Shown: positions 30,986 to 41,886 of the stretch, piece after piece
Layout of the letters: the number at the start of each line of letters is the position of its first letter
Position numbering within the stretch: position 1 is the first letter of the stretch
Source: an uncultured Flavobacteriales bacterium
GTDB taxonomy: Bacteria; Bacteroidota; Bacteroidia; Flavobacteriales_G; Salibacteraceae
DNA length: 64,000 nucleotides
NCBI GenBank assembly: GCA_963933405.1
Contig: CAWVSS010000002.1
Location: 13,860 to 77,859 of the forward strand
Reading direction: 5' to 3'
Translations under genes and position numbers: made by a program
The notes under the pieces: model-generated
Seen by the model: only the letters and a program-made list of their open reading frames with translations
Databases searched by the model: none
What the model was told of the DNA's origin: nothing

Positions 30986-31528
30986 CTATTTATTTTGTTT
31001 TTTGGGTGCAATCATCATAATCATACGTTTTCCTTCAAGCTTGGGCATGCTTTCAACAATTCCGTATTCTTCTAGTTCGGTGGCTAGCTTAAGTAACAAA
31101 ACTTCGCCTTGTTCTTTAAACATAATCGAACGACCTTTAAAAAACACATAAGATTTCAACTTAGCGCCTTCTCCAAGGAATTTTTTAGCATGTTTCAGTT
31201 TAAACTCAAAATCATGCTCATCTGTATTAGGACCAAACCTTAGTTCTTTAAGAACAACTTTCGAAGTTTTAGATTTAATTTCCTTTTGTTTTCTTTTTTG
31301 CTCATACAAGAATTTCTTGTAGTCAATAATCTTAACAACAGGCGGTACTGCATTTGGCGATATTTCAACCAAATCAAGTCCTTTATCTCGAGCAATTACT
31401 AATGCTTCAGCAACGCTACAAACTTGTTGACCCATATCATCAGATACAAGTCTTACTTCTTTCGCAGTTATTTCCTCATTCGTTTTATGAGGGTTTCTTT
31501 TAACTACTCGTGTTATTCTTTTTCTAAT
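30986..31528 (-). CDS. infC: translation initiation factor IF-3, predicted ATT start
   Basis: The ORF-track ORF starts at an internal Met. The frame stays open upstream and encodes [31 protein letters not shown]. The in-frame ATT at 31528 is preceded by AAGGAGG (31543-31537), giving 180 aa, a typical IF-3 length. Confidence 0.8.
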   Translation of the reverse strand: MRKRITRVVKRNPHKTNEEITAKEVRLVSDDMGQQVCSVAEALVIARDKGLDLVEISPNAVPPVVKIIDYKKFLYEQKRKQKEIKSKTSKVVLKELRFGPNTDEHDFEFKLKHAKKFLGEGAKLKSYVFFKGRSIMFKEQGEVLLLKLATELEEYGIVESMPKLEGKRMIMMIAPKKQNK

Positions 31529-31547
31529 GAGTTGTTCCTCCTTTACT

Positions 31548-33488
31548 TTAGTTAATACTTAATTCTTTTTCTATCTCTTCTTTTACCAACTTGGCAAAAT
31601 CTTCAGTGTCGAATGACCCAATATCTCCTGCTCCTTGTCTTCTAACTGAAACTTTTTTCGATTCAATTTCTTTTTCTCCTAAGACTATCATATAAGGAAC
31701 TTTCTGTATTTCAGTATCTCTAATCTTTCTTCCCACTTTCTCTGACCTCTCGTCAACGAAGCCGCGAATATCGTAATTATTTAGCAATTCCAAAAGCTTT
31801 TGACCATCTTCATTGTATTTGTCACTTACGGGCAATATTGCAACTTGATTTTCAGTTAACCAGAGTGGAAATTTACCTTCACAATGTTCTATTAAAACAG
31901 CCACAAAACGTTCCATAGAGCCAAAAGGAGCACGATGTATCATAACAGGACGATGCTTAGCATTGTCACTCCCGGTATACTCCAATTCGAATCGTTCAGG
32001 TAGGTTGTAATCTACTTGAATGGTACCTAATTGCCAGGATCTACCTAATGCATCCTTAACCATGAAGTCTAATTTTGGACCATAGAAGGCGGCTTCACCA
32101 TATTCAACAACGGTATTTAACCCTTTTTCTGCAGCAGCTTCAATTATTGCATTCTCCGCTTTTTCCCAGTTTTCATCACTACCAATGTACTTTGTTCTGT
32201 CTTCTTTATCTCTTAAAGATATTTGAGCCACAAAATCATTAAAGCTTAAAGTTTTAAAGATGTACAGGACTAAATCAATAACATCTTTAAACTCTTTTTT
32301 TACTTGATCATGTGTGCAAAAAATATGAGCATCGTCTTGAGTAAAACCTCTTACCCGGGTTAACCCATGTAACTCTCCACTTTGTTCGTATCTGTAAACA
32401 GTTCCAAATTCAGCAAGTCTTAGTGGTAAGTCTTTGTATGATTTTGGCGATGCTTTGTAAATTTCACAATGATGCGGGCAATTCATTGGTTTCAACAAAA
32501 ACTCCTCGTTATCGTTTGGTGTATTTATTGGTTGAAAAGAATCTTTACCATACTTTTCATAGTGGCCTGACAAAACATAAAGTTCCTTGTTGCCAATATG
32601 AGGTGTAATCACCTGTGAGTAACCAGCTTTTTTTTGTGCTACTTTTAAAAAGTTTTCAAGTCGCTCTCGAAGTGCTGCACCTTTTGGTAACCAAAGGGGT
32701 AAGCCTTGACCAACTTTTTGCGAAAACGTAAATAACTCTAATTCTTTACCTAATTTTCTGTGGTCTCTCTTTTTTGCTTCTTCAAGGAAAACCAAATGCT
32801 CTTCAAGGTATTTTTGTTTCGGAAAACTAATTCCGTAAACTCTTGTTAATTGTGGATTGTTTTCGTTTCCTCTCCAATAAGCGCCTGCCACCGACGATAT
32901 TTTAATTGCCTTAATTAATCCGGTATTAGGTAAATGACCTCCTCTACATAAATCTGTAAAATTAGAATGATCACAAAAAGTAATATCACCGTCAGTTAGA
33001 TTTTCAATCAGCTCAACTTTGTATTCATTGTTTTGCGATTTATATAAATCAAGTGCATCTTTTTTAGAAACACTACGGATAGTGAATTTTGCTTTTTCCC
33101 GAGCGAACTCAATAAACTTTTCTTCAATTTTAGGAAGATCATTTTCAGACAACGCTTCTTCACCTAAATCTACATCATAGTAAAATCCACTATCAATGGC
33201 AGGACCAATAGTCAGTTTAACGTTTGGATAGAAAAACTCCAAGGTTTGAGCCAATACGTGAGCGGATGAATGCCAAAAAGCTTTTTTACCAGCTTTATCT
33301 TCCCAAGTAAGAAGTTTTAACGTTGCGTCATTATTTATAGGATCATGCAGTTCTGCAGTTGCACCATTCACCTCAGCAGATAGTACTTCTTTGGCTAGTC
33401 TATTTGATATGCCGCGAGCTATATTAAATGATGAAACGCCTTTTTCGTATTCTCTTTCATTTCCATCAGGAAAGGTAATCTTTATCAT
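31548..33488 (-). CDS. thrS: threonine--tRNA ligase
   Basis: TGS-domain start [24 protein letters not shown], and class II motifs ([20 protein letters not shown]). Start trimmed to the ATG at 33488. Confidence 0.95.
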   Translation of the reverse strand: MIKITFPDGNEREYEKGVSSFNIARGISNRLAKEVLSAEVNGATAELHDPINNDATLKLLTWEDKAGKKAFWHSSAHVLAQTLEFFYPNVKLTIGPAIDSGFYYDVDLGEEALSENDLPKIEEKFIEFAREKAKFTIRSVSKKDALDLYKSQNNEYKVELIENLTDGDITFCDHSNFTDLCRGGHLPNTGLIKAIKISSVAGAYWRGNENNPQLTRVYGISFPKQKYLEEHLVFLEEAKKRDHRKLGKELELFTFSQKVGQGLPLWLPKGAALRERLENFLKVAQKKAGYSQVITPHIGNKELYVLSGHYEKYGKDSFQPINTPNDNEEFLLKPMNCPHHCEIYKASPKSYKDLPLRLAEFGTVYRYEQSGELHGLTRVRGFTQDDAHIFCTHDQVKKEFKDVIDLVLYIFKTLSFNDFVAQISLRDKEDRTKYIGSDENWEKAENAIIEAAAEKGLNTVVEYGEAAFYGPKLDFMVKDALGRSWQLGTIQVDYNLPERFELEYTGSDNAKHRPVMIHRAPFGSMERFVAVLIEHCEGKFPLWLTENQVAILPVSDKYNEDGQKLLELLNNYDIRGFVDERSEKVGRKIRDTEIQKVPYMIVLGEKEIESKKVSVRRQGAGDIGSFDTEDFAKLVKEEIEKELSIN

Positions 33489-33688
33489 TTTCGCCTTTAT
33501 TTTGGGCGGCAAATATAAGTTATTGAGTCAGCTTAATTATGCCTTTTAAAAGCTTGAGCTTAGCAGAGTAAAAAAGATGGAAGCGTTCCAAAACATTTTA
33601 TGTTAATAAATCATGGATTAAATAATCTTAAAATTTAGTTGAACGTATCAACTAATAGTTTTCATTTGCAATCGAAAAAATAATTTAA

Positions 33689-34144
33689 GTGAATAAAGAT
33701 AGAATAATGATTGGTAAATCAATGCATCAGGCCATGAGGTCGATGTTTAATGTTCTGAGCTCGGAATTTTTAAAAAACAGCATTCCTTTGTCTTCAGAGC
33801 AATATTTAATATTGAAAATAATTTCAAAAAACAAAAGAGTAATTCAACAAGAATTAGCTTGTATTCTAGATAAAGATAAATCAACCATATTGCGGCAAAT
33901 CAACCATTTACAAGATAATTTGATGCTTGCTAGAATTGTTGATAAAACAGATAAAAGAAAAAATTTGGTCATGCTTACTCAAAAAGGAATGAACGTTTTA
34001 AACGATGCAGGAGCTATTCATAAAAATGCCGTTGAAATTTTATTAAAAGGTGTGTCAAAAGAGCAATTAGAATCTTTCAACGGAGTACTTGAAAGACTTT
34101 ATCAAAATGGGATTAATTATAAAGTTGATGTTGTCAACCAATAA
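33689..34144 (+). CDS. MarR-family transcriptional regulator
   Basis: Winged HTH QQELACILDKDKSTILRQINHLQDNLMLARIVDKTDKRKNLVMLT. GTG start; an ATG alternative lies at 33707. Confidence 0.8.
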   Translation: MNKDRIMIGKSMHQAMRSMFNVLSSEFLKNSIPLSSEQYLILKIISKNKRVIQQELACILDKDKSTILRQINHLQDNLMLARIVDKTDKRKNLVMLTQKGMNVLNDAGAIHKNAVEILLKGVSKEQLESFNGVLERLYQNGINYKVDVVNQ

Positions 34145-34153
34145 ATTAAAAAT

Positions 34154-35278
34154 ATGAGTAATATACTAAAAATAAGAAGATCTGTGCTACTTGCAATATT
34201 GCTAGTTGTTGGTGGAATGATGTTAAATAGTTTTTTATCTGGATTAAAAAAGGCTCCAAAAGTAAAAGAGCAAATCGAAGTTTTTCCCTTGGTCAATACA
34301 GTTAAAGTTGAAGAAGGAGATTTTGTTGCAGAACTAGTTTATACAGGTAGATTAATTGCAACCAATAAAATTGACGTGTTTACTGAAGTTACAGGAATAT
34401 TGAACCCTAATCCAAAGTCTTTTAAAGACGGTGTATTCTTTTCAAAAGGAGAAGTGCTGGTTGATGTGAATAATCAAGATACCGAAATGAATTTGATTGC
34501 AACCAGGGCAAATTTTCATAGTGTTTTAGCAAAACTTCAGGCTGACTTATCAACCGATTACCCCGATAATTTTATAAACTGGAAAAAGTATATCAGTTCA
34601 TATAATCCTGAAAAAAGATTGGATTCGTTGCCTGAGGTGCTTAATGATCAAGAACGGAATTTTTTAATATCACGGAACGTTTATAATCTATATTATTTGC
34701 TTAAAAGCCAAGAATTAAAGCTTGACAAATTTACCATATATGCTCCTTTTGATGGGGTTATTCACAATGCCAATCTTTCACCAAAATCTCTGGTGAGAGC
34801 GGGTCAATCTATTGGTCAGTTTATTGGAATAGGTGAATTTGAGCTTGAGATTGGCGTGCCATTAGAGGACATATCCAAAGTTTCATTAAACGATACAGTA
34901 ATACTTATTGCTGATAATTTGGATTTCGATTTAAGGGGTAAAGTTAATCGCATCGGTAAGTCCGTTAATCAAAACACTCAAACTTACAATGTGTATATAG
35001 AAGTTAATGATAAACGACTATCGGAAGGCCTTTACATGACATCAAATATTAAAGGAAAAAAGCAATCCAATACTTTTAAGGTTAGCCCAAACCTGATTAT
35101 AGATGGACAATATGTTTATGTTCTTGATCAAGAAGAAAAGCTGCGAAAGGCTAAAATTAAAATAGTCCATGAATCTGTAAATACTGTTTTAGTAGAAGGG
35201 TTAAAGCAAGGAGATATATTGTTAAATCAAACAATAACAGAGGCTAAAGATGGATTACAAGTTAAGGTTGCTAAATAA
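34154..35278 (+). CDS. RND efflux periplasmic adaptor (membrane fusion protein)
   Basis: N-terminal TM anchor, a coiled-coil middle, a beta-barrel C-terminal part, and a position ahead of the RND pump. Confidence 0.8.
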   Translation: MSNILKIRRSVLLAILLVVGGMMLNSFLSGLKKAPKVKEQIEVFPLVNTVKVEEGDFVAELVYTGRLIATNKIDVFTEVTGILNPNPKSFKDGVFFSKGEVLVDVNNQDTEMNLIATRANFHSVLAKLQADLSTDYPDNFINWKKYISSYNPEKRLDSLPEVLNDQERNFLISRNVYNLYYLLKSQELKLDKFTIYAPFDGVIHNANLSPKSLVRAGQSIGQFIGIGEFELEIGVPLEDISKVSLNDTVILIADNLDFDLRGKVNRIGKSVNQNTQTYNVYIEVNDKRLSEGLYMTSNIKGKKQSNTFKVSPNLIIDGQYVYVLDQEEKLRKAKIKIVHESVNTVLVEGLKQGDILLNQTITEAKDGLQVKVAK

Positions 35279-35287
35279 AATTTAGAG

Positions 35288-38200
35288 ATGAAAAGCTTAA
35301 TAAATTATTTTATAAAATATCCCATTTCTGGCAATTTATTGATGATGCTAATATTAATATTTGGCATTGTTGGAATGATGAATATGCAGAGTACATTTTT
35401 TCCGCAAACTCCGGTTCGGAATATTATGATTCAAACCATTTATCCTGGTGCGTCTGCTGAAGAAATTGAAGAATCTGTTGTTCTGAAAATTGAAGATCAA
35501 CTAACTGGTGTTACCGGAGTAGAAAGAGTTACGTCTACATCGAAAGAAAATTCTGCATCTGTAAACGTTGAGATTAAAAAACAGGCGGATATTGATGAGG
35601 TTCTTCAAAATGTAAAGAATGCAGTAGATCAAATTAGTTCGTTTCCTACAAGCCTTGAGTCAGTTGATATATTTAAAATAGAACCAAAAAATGGAGCCAT
35701 TAGCTTTTCAATTACTGGTAGCGACGATTTGTATATTTTGAAAAAATATGCACGTAAAATTGAACGTGATTTATTAGAAACCGAAGGAATAAGTAAAATC
35801 AATATTGCTGGTTTTCCTGACGAGGAAATTTCAATTGAGTTTAAAGAAAGTAAGCTTAAGGCATATGATATAACAATGCAAGAAGTTCTTGAAAAAGTTA
35901 AATCGAGTAACATTGATATAACTGGAGGGACTATTAAAGGTGAAAATGAAGAGTTTAAAATACGGTTAAAAAATAAATCATACACCGCTGAAGGTTTGCA
36001 GAATTTGACAGTTTTGGCAAATTCCAACGGAAAATTAGTACGATTAAAAGATGTGGCAGAGATAAATGACAAGTGGGCTGAAGCACCTGACCGTAACTTT
36101 TTAAATGGCAAACCTGCAGTAACCATCGATATTTCATATACCAATGACGAAGATTTAATTGGAATCGTGGAAGATGTTAAGTTATATATCGCAGATTTAA
36201 ACGAAAGTCAAAACACCGTTCAGATAGGAATCATAAGCGACCGTTCGGATGTAGTTCAACAACGTATAGATATGTTGGTTGATAATGGGGTAAAAGGTTT
36301 CGTTATAGTATTAATTCTATTGGCCATGTTTCTTCATTGGAGGCTAGCTCTTTGGGTTGCATTATCTATTCCAATCGCCTTTGCAGGTATGTTTTTATTA
36401 GCTTCATTCTTTGACGTTACGATCAATGTAATATCGCTTTTTGGGATGATAACCGTAATTGGAATTTTGGTGGATGATGGCGTAGTAATAAGTGAAAATA
36501 TTTACAGGCACTTTGAAATGGGAAAGTCAAGAACTCAAGCTGCTATTGATGGTACTACCGAAGTTATGCCGGCGGTATTTTCTGCTATTCTTACTACTAT
36601 AATCGTTTTTTCAACCTTCTTTTTTGTTGAAGGTAGGTTGGGTGATTTTTTTGGCGAAATGGCATTTATTGTAATTGCCACGTTGATTTTCTCGTTGGTT
36701 GAAGGTTTGTTTATTCTTCCAGCCCATGTTGCACATTCAAAAGCATTAAATCGTGACAACAGCGACAATGCATTAATGAGGTCGTTAACAAGGTTTATGG
36801 ATTGGCTAAAAAACAAATTGTACAGACCAGTTTTAGAGTTCAGTTTAAAAAACACTGCATTATCGATAGCAATTCCATTGTCTCTATTTATAATTACCCT
36901 TGGCGCTATGAAAGGCGGAATAATTCGATCAACGTTTTTTCCATCCATCGAAAGAGAGAACGTAAGCATATCGCTTAAAATGCCAGCAGGTGTTCAGGAA
37001 AATATTACGAAACATTATCTTGATCGAATAGAAAATGGTGTTTGGGAAGTAAACGAATTCTACAAAGAGTCATTGAGTCACCATACAGATATAGTACTTA
37101 CCGTTGACAAAAGAATTGGGCCAGGTACAGGGAACTTAGGTTCGATGACAATAAACTTGCTTCCAGGTGAAATTCGAGAGGTAAGGCAAGCAGATGTTAT
37201 CGTTAAACTTCGGGAAGTAATTGGTGAAATTCCTGGAGCTGAAGAATTTAGTTTTGGCTCTGGTAGCCCTTTTGGAAAGCAAGTCTCAGTGGCTTTGCAT
37301 GGCGACAATATGATCGAGTTACGTGAAGTTGCAGAAAAATTAAAAGGTCAATTGAAAGAACTTACGGATTTAAAAGATGTTGGTGACAACGACCTTTCTG
37401 GCACCAAAGAAGTGATTATTAAATTAAAAGAAAAGGCTTACCTGCTGGGTGTTACTGATCAACAAATTATGCTTCAAGTACGCCAAGGATTTTTTGGTGG
37501 TGAAGTGCAAAGAATTCAACGTGGACTTGATGAAGTTAAAATTTGGGTACGCTACAACCTGGAGGAAAGAGCTACCTTAAAGCAGCTAAAACAAATGGAA
37601 ATAAAGACAACCACCGGTGGTAAATATCTATTATCCGAATTGGTTGATTTTGATATTCAAAGAGGAGTAGTTTCTATAAGTCATACCGATGGGAAAAGAG
37701 AAATCATAGTTGATGCCGATATAGCCAATCCAAAAACATCGTCAATTGATTTAAACAATTTAATTGAGTCGGATTTATTGCCAGGATTATTGGCAAATTA
37801 CCCTGACATTACCTATAATCTCGAAGGTCAGAGTAGGGAACAGGCAAAATCTACCAACTCAATGAAAAAAGTAGTTCCTATTGTTCTACTTCTGATGATT
37901 TCAGTAATAATATTAACCTTTAGGTCAGTATCGCAAACCTTAGTTGTAGTGCTTTTAATTCCGTTTGGGTTCATAGGAGTTGCTTGGGGGCATTACATTC
38001 ACGATATGCAGATAAGTTTGTTTAGTGTTTTAGGAGGCATAGCTTTAATAGGTATTCTGATTAACGACGCTCTCGTATTTGTTAGCGCCTTCAACATAAA
38101 TATAAAGCAAGGTATGAATTTCGATACAGCCTTAAAAGAAGCTGCCTTGAGCAGGTTTAGACCTATTGTTCTAACATCAATAACCACAATTGCAGGATTG

Positions 38201-38443
38201 GCGCCTTTAATTTTTGAGAAAAGTTTTCAAGCGCAATTCCTTATTCCAATGGCATTGTCAATTGCTTATGGGTTAGCGGTATCAACATTAATTGTTCTTA
38301 TTATACTACCAATATTATTAATTTTTTCAAATCAGTTAAAGCGATTTATTCATTGGTATTGGTACGATGAAAAACTAACTACCGAACAAGTTGAGCCTGC
38401 TTTTAAAGAACTTAAATATGAAACGGAAGATGAAGATATTTAA
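35288..38443 (+). CDS. RND efflux transporter permease (AcrB/HAE family)
   Basis: 1051 aa, 12-TM AcrB-like layout with two large periplasmic loops, and conserved GILVDDGVVISENI. Confidence 0.9.
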   Translation: MKSLINYFIKYPISGNLLMMLILIFGIVGMMNMQSTFFPQTPVRNIMIQTIYPGASAEEIEESVVLKIEDQLTGVTGVERVTSTSKENSASVNVEIKKQADIDEVLQNVKNAVDQISSFPTSLESVDIFKIEPKNGAISFSITGSDDLYILKKYARKIERDLLETEGISKINIAGFPDEEISIEFKESKLKAYDITMQEVLEKVKSSNIDITGGTIKGENEEFKIRLKNKSYTAEGLQNLTVLANSNGKLVRLKDVAEINDKWAEAPDRNFLNGKPAVTIDISYTNDEDLIGIVEDVKLYIADLNESQNTVQIGIISDRSDVVQQRIDMLVDNGVKGFVIVLILLAMFLHWRLALWVALSIPIAFAGMFLLASFFDVTINVISLFGMITVIGILVDDGVVISENIYRHFEMGKSRTQAAIDGTTEVMPAVFSAILTTIIVFSTFFFVEGRLGDFFGEMAFIVIATLIFSLVEGLFILPAHVAHSKALNRDNSDNALMRSLTRFMDWLKNKLYRPVLEFSLKNTALSIAIPLSLFIITLGAMKGGIIRSTFFPSIERENVSISLKMPAGVQENITKHYLDRIENGVWEVNEFYKESLSHHTDIVLTVDKRIGPGTGNLGSMTINLLPGEIREVRQADVIVKLREVIGEIPGAEEFSFGSGSPFGKQVSVALHGDNMIELREVAEKLKGQLKELTDLKDVGDNDLSGTKEVIIKLKEKAYLLGVTDQQIMLQVRQGFFGGEVQRIQRGLDEVKIWVRYNLEERATLKQLKQMEIKTTTGGKYLLSELVDFDIQRGVVSISHTDGKREIIVDADIANPKTSSIDLNNLIESDLLPGLLANYPDITYNLEGQSREQAKSTNSMKKVVPIVLLLMISVIILTFRSVSQTLVVVLLIPFGFIGVAWGHYIHDMQISLFSVLGGIALIGILINDALVFVSAFNINIKQGMNFDTALKEAALSRFRPIVLTSITTIAGLAPLIFEKSFQAQFLIPMALSIAYGLAVSTLIVLIILPILLIFSNQLKRFIHWYWYDEKLTTEQVEPAFKELKYETEDEDI

Positions 38444-39743
38444 ATTAATTATTGTATGTATACTACTCATACAGTCGGCTGCAGCCCAACAGCAACTTTC
38501 CTTACAGGATGCTATAAATACAGCTATTGATAAAAATTATGCTGTTCAAATTTCGAAAAACAATGTTGAGATAATTGAAAATTTAGCTAATAAAGGGCAG
38601 GCAGGTTTACTTCCTATAGTTTCTGCAACAGGTACGGTTGATTACACAAACAACAACACCAAGTTGCAAATTGTAAATGCTCCTGATATTACAGAAATTG
38701 ATGGTGCGGAGTCGTTTGCAACCAGAGCAACTGTTAAGGCAGTATATACCGTTTTTTCAGGTGGAGTAAATTCAAATAATTTCGATAAGCTTGTTCTAAA
38801 CGCAGGGGTTTCAAATGCTGTGGGAAACCTTGAAGTTGAAACTATCGTTATGCAAGTAATCAGTTCTTTTTATAATGTTTTAAGAACTAAAAATAATTTA
38901 AAGGCACTTCAAGAAACAAAAAAAATATCGACTGAAAGATTACAAAAAGCAGAAAAAAGGAAACAATTAAGTGGTGGAACCAAGACCGAACTATTTTCTT
39001 CGCAAGTTGATTTTAATAAGGACAGTGTAAATATGATGAACGCTTCTCTGGCTTACCAGTCTGCGCAGATTTCGTTAAACCAACTTTTGGGTGTTGAGTT
39101 AAGTCAGGAGTTCAATTATCAATCATCAAACCTTGTTAACAGTATTCCTCCTTATGAAGAATTGAAAACAAACCTTGACAAAATGAATTCAAGTTTGATT
39201 TCTGCTAGATTAAAAGAACAAGCATCAATGCTTGATTATAAAATCGCAAAATCAGCCTATTCACCAAGACTCGACCTTAATGCATCATATGCTTATAGCA
39301 GATCAGAGGCAGAGGGAAGCATATTGGTATTTAATCAAAATACAGGGCCAGGTATTGGTTTGTCTTTAAGCATTCCCATTTACAGCGGTGGTAAAAAATC
39401 TAATGCTGTAAAAAATGCCCAAATTCAGTTAAAAAATAGCGAGTTACAAGTTAAGAACAACTTGCAATATCTAAATGCAAGTCTACTCATCGCTTTTCAC
39501 GATTACACAAATTCTAAATCTTTAGTAGAGCTAGAAACAAAGAATTTTACTATTAATAAAGAAAATTTTGAGTATTCAAAAAAGCTTCATGATTTAGGAC
39601 AGATAACGGGAATTGAATTTAGACAAGCACAGATAAACCTAATGCTAAATCAAAATAGTCTAAACAATTTAACCTACAACCTAAAACTATCCGAACTCGA
39701 AATATTAAGATTAACAGGATCTTTACTTTCAGATATTAAATAG
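38418..39743 (+). CDS. TolC-family outer-membrane efflux protein
   Basis: Signal peptide KIFKLIIVCILLIQSAAAQ and two TolC-like repeat halves. The start overlaps the end of the RND gene (ATG at 38418 or 38430). Confidence 0.8.
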   Translation: MKRKMKIFKLIIVCILLIQSAAAQQQLSLQDAINTAIDKNYAVQISKNNVEIIENLANKGQAGLLPIVSATGTVDYTNNNTKLQIVNAPDITEIDGAESFATRATVKAVYTVFSGGVNSNNFDKLVLNAGVSNAVGNLEVETIVMQVISSFYNVLRTKNNLKALQETKKISTERLQKAEKRKQLSGGTKTELFSSQVDFNKDSVNMMNASLAYQSAQISLNQLLGVELSQEFNYQSSNLVNSIPPYEELKTNLDKMNSSLISARLKEQASMLDYKIAKSAYSPRLDLNASYAYSRSEAEGSILVFNQNTGPGIGLSLSIPIYSGGKKSNAVKNAQIQLKNSELQVKNNLQYLNASLLIAFHDYTNSKSLVELETKNFTINKENFEYSKKLHDLGQITGIEFRQAQINLMLNQNSLNNLTYNLKLSELEILRLTGSLLSDIK

Positions 39744-39834
39744 GATCAAAACAGATTATAATATTCGATAGTCGATTTATTTTTCGGAGTTTAAAGGTTT
39801 TTATACATTTACAAAAACCTCCAAAGAAACCGGT

Positions 39835-40860
39835 ATGAGTTTGTTAAAGAAAATTGGATATGGGCTTTTGGTACTGTTCGTTATTGTAATGGTATTGCCA
39901 TTGTTGGCTCCAACCGATGTAGTATTTACCCGTTCAGTTACAATTGAATCGTCACCCAAATTTGTTTGGAACAATGTAAATACGCTTGAAGCGATGGACA
40001 GATGGTCTCCTTGGAACGAACTAGACCCTGAAATGACCAAAACCTTTAAAGGAGAACCAGGTTCGATTGGTTCTGTATCAAGATGGGAAGGCAACGATGA
40101 TGTTGGAACAGGAGAGCAAGAAATTAAAGAGGTAGTAGAAGGAGTTAAAGTTACCACCGAACTTAGATTTATAAAACCATTTGAGGCAACTAACAAAGCT
40201 TTTGTGATGCTTGAAAAAGCTGACGGAAAAGTTAAAGTAACTTGGCAACTAGAGGCACATTCAGATTATCCAATGAATGTTATTAACTTGTTTATGGATA
40301 TGGAAAAAATGATTGGATCTGACTTTGAAAAAGGACTCGGTTATTTAAAAAACATAGTAGAAGCTGAATTATGGTCAGCCACTTATTTAGGTTTTGAAAT
40401 TAAGGCAGTTGATGCTGAAGAAACATATTATATTAATACCCATGATACCGTTCTTTGGTCAGAAATGGATCAATATTTCCCTGATAATATTCCACAAGTT
40501 TATAGTGCTGTTATGCAAGCAGGAGTGCCTGATGCAATAATAGGAATGCCAAGAGGATTCTATTTTTATTGGGATGACGAAAATGAAAGAACCGATATGG
40601 GAGTAGGAGTGCAAGTTACAAGTTCAAACATGACGTTGGAAGGATATGAAACCACAACGGTTAAAGCTGGCAAGACTTTAGTTTTGGATTATTATGGGTC
40701 ATATAATGATTCAGAAAAAGCACATTTTGCTGTGGATGAGTTTATGACTGATCGAGGATTGGAAATGGGAGATATGGCTATAGAAGAATATGTTACAGAT
40801 CCAACAACAGTTGAAAACGAATCGGAAATTCTAACTAGAATTACCTACTACGTTAAATAA
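39835..40860 (+). CDS. membrane-anchored SRPBCC-like + GyrI-like (small-molecule binding) two-domain protein
   Basis: N-terminal TM helix and an SRPBCC-like SPKFVWNNVNTLEAMDRWSPW. The C-terminal half resembles a GyrI/AraC-effector-binding domain (MPRGFYFYWDDENERTDMGVGVQV, LVLDYYGSYNDSEKAHFAVDEFM). Confidence 0.5.
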   Translation: MSLLKKIGYGLLVLFVIVMVLPLLAPTDVVFTRSVTIESSPKFVWNNVNTLEAMDRWSPWNELDPEMTKTFKGEPGSIGSVSRWEGNDDVGTGEQEIKEVVEGVKVTTELRFIKPFEATNKAFVMLEKADGKVKVTWQLEAHSDYPMNVINLFMDMEKMIGSDFEKGLGYLKNIVEAELWSATYLGFEIKAVDAEETYYINTHDTVLWSEMDQYFPDNIPQVYSAVMQAGVPDAIIGMPRGFYFYWDDENERTDMGVGVQVTSSNMTLEGYETTTVKAGKTLVLDYYGSYNDSEKAHFAVDEFMTDRGLEMGDMAIEEYVTDPTTVENESEILTRITYYVK

Positions 40861-40894
40861 AAGTTTGCAAAACAGAATGTTTAGCTGCAGGTCA

Positions 40895-40913
40895 AAAGCC
40901 TGGGGCTTTTTTT
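40895..40913 (+). terminator. rho-independent terminator
   Basis: Hairpin aaagcc-tgg-ggcttt followed by a T-run. Confidence 0.5.
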
Positions 40914-41324
40914 AGTATAATATGCAACATCACTTAACTTTTTTAATCATGATTAAACCACGTTTAGGTTGCTTCACTGCTCTCACAATTAAGTTGATAC
41001 CTATAAAATATCATTGAGAGGAGGAACGACTTACCTTAAATCCTCTGTTTGTTCAAGTGTTTAATTTGAATAAATATTCACCTTGAAAAGATAGTAGAAA
41101 GATTAAGACTAATAGTTTTTATTTGTCTAAAACACCATTCCTACCTCTGCTTAAAGGTTGAACGGTTCCTGAGGTAGGATACCTGTATTTAAGATAGATC
41201 TGCCAGTATTTTTCCCCTTTTTAATCTTCTTTTCATTTTTAAATTATACCCCAAATCTATAGGGTTATCTAAATTCTGAAATGATGCAGGTCAATTCTGT
41301 GGGTGAGAAAACTATACCAGTAGG

Positions 41325-41609
41325 CTAGGGGAGGAGTTTTTCAACAACAGTTAATCTTTGTTCTAGCAATTCAATTCGCTCTTCAATGAATAGAGAGTTA
41401 ACCCCAACCAAATTTTTATCGAAAAAAGTAGTAACAGGAACATTGAAATATTTTGAAATAACAATCAATTCCTTGCTGTTAATATCGGCTCTTTTAATAG
41501 TGTCGTAATAAGTCTGTTTGTTTTTTTTGCCAAGTGCTAAAGCAAAACCAGCAGGCGAGAAGTTGGAATTGTCAGCCATCAGTTCTTTTATTTTTTCACC
41601 AATATTCAT
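41325..41609 (-). CDS. small XRE-like helix-turn-helix protein
   Basis: IGEKIKELMADNSNFSPAGFALALGKKNKQTYYDTIKRADINSKELIVISKYFNVP resembles a Cro/C1 HTH. The gene is isolated within about 1 kb of noncoding DNA. Confidence 0.45.
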   Translation of the reverse strand: MNIGEKIKELMADNSNFSPAGFALALGKKNKQTYYDTIKRADINSKELIVISKYFNVPVTTFFDKNLVGVNSLFIEERIELLEQRLTVVEKLLP

Positions 41610-41886
41610 AAGTATTGTTCTTTTTGTAATACGCTAATAATTAGTATATTGTAGTTATGTTAATGCTTTAATAAGATTAATTCTTTACTATAAGAGAAAT
41701 TCTTAACAAAGGTAGTTAAGAAATATCCTTACTACAAGAAAGTCTCTTAATGTTTCTTGTAATCACTTGTTAATTAGGTATTTGATTGTGTATTTTTCTA
41801 GTTATTTAGAGGTTATCTTTATGAAATATTTCAATTACATCTAATCTCTGATAATCACAGATTACCTTTGTAAAAACAAGTTTCCA

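Noticed and set aside
30887-31151. Plus-strand ORFs 30887-31075 and 30936-31151
   Set aside because: They are antisense to rpmI and infC, and their phenylalanine/isoleucine-rich translations are typical of the reverse strand of Lys-rich genes.
35629-38187. Minus-strand ORFs inside the RND pump gene (35629-36144, 35955-36137, 36535-36969, 37078-37308, 37999-38187)
   Set aside because: All are antisense to a 1051-aa AcrB-family gene with clear motifs. Long antisense ORFs are expected in long genes.
39801-40196. 131-aa minus-strand ORF overlapping the SRPBCC/GyrI-like gene
   Set aside because: Its Ser/Thr/Pro-rich low-complexity translation is antisense to a gene with recognisable domains.
41142-41181. 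Hairpin cctacctc...gaggtagg as a possible small RNA or tRNA fragment / att site
   Set aside because: There is only one 8-bp stem with a large loop, no tRNA-like cloverleaf, and no integrase nearby. It is mentioned only as context in the gene-poor-region finding.
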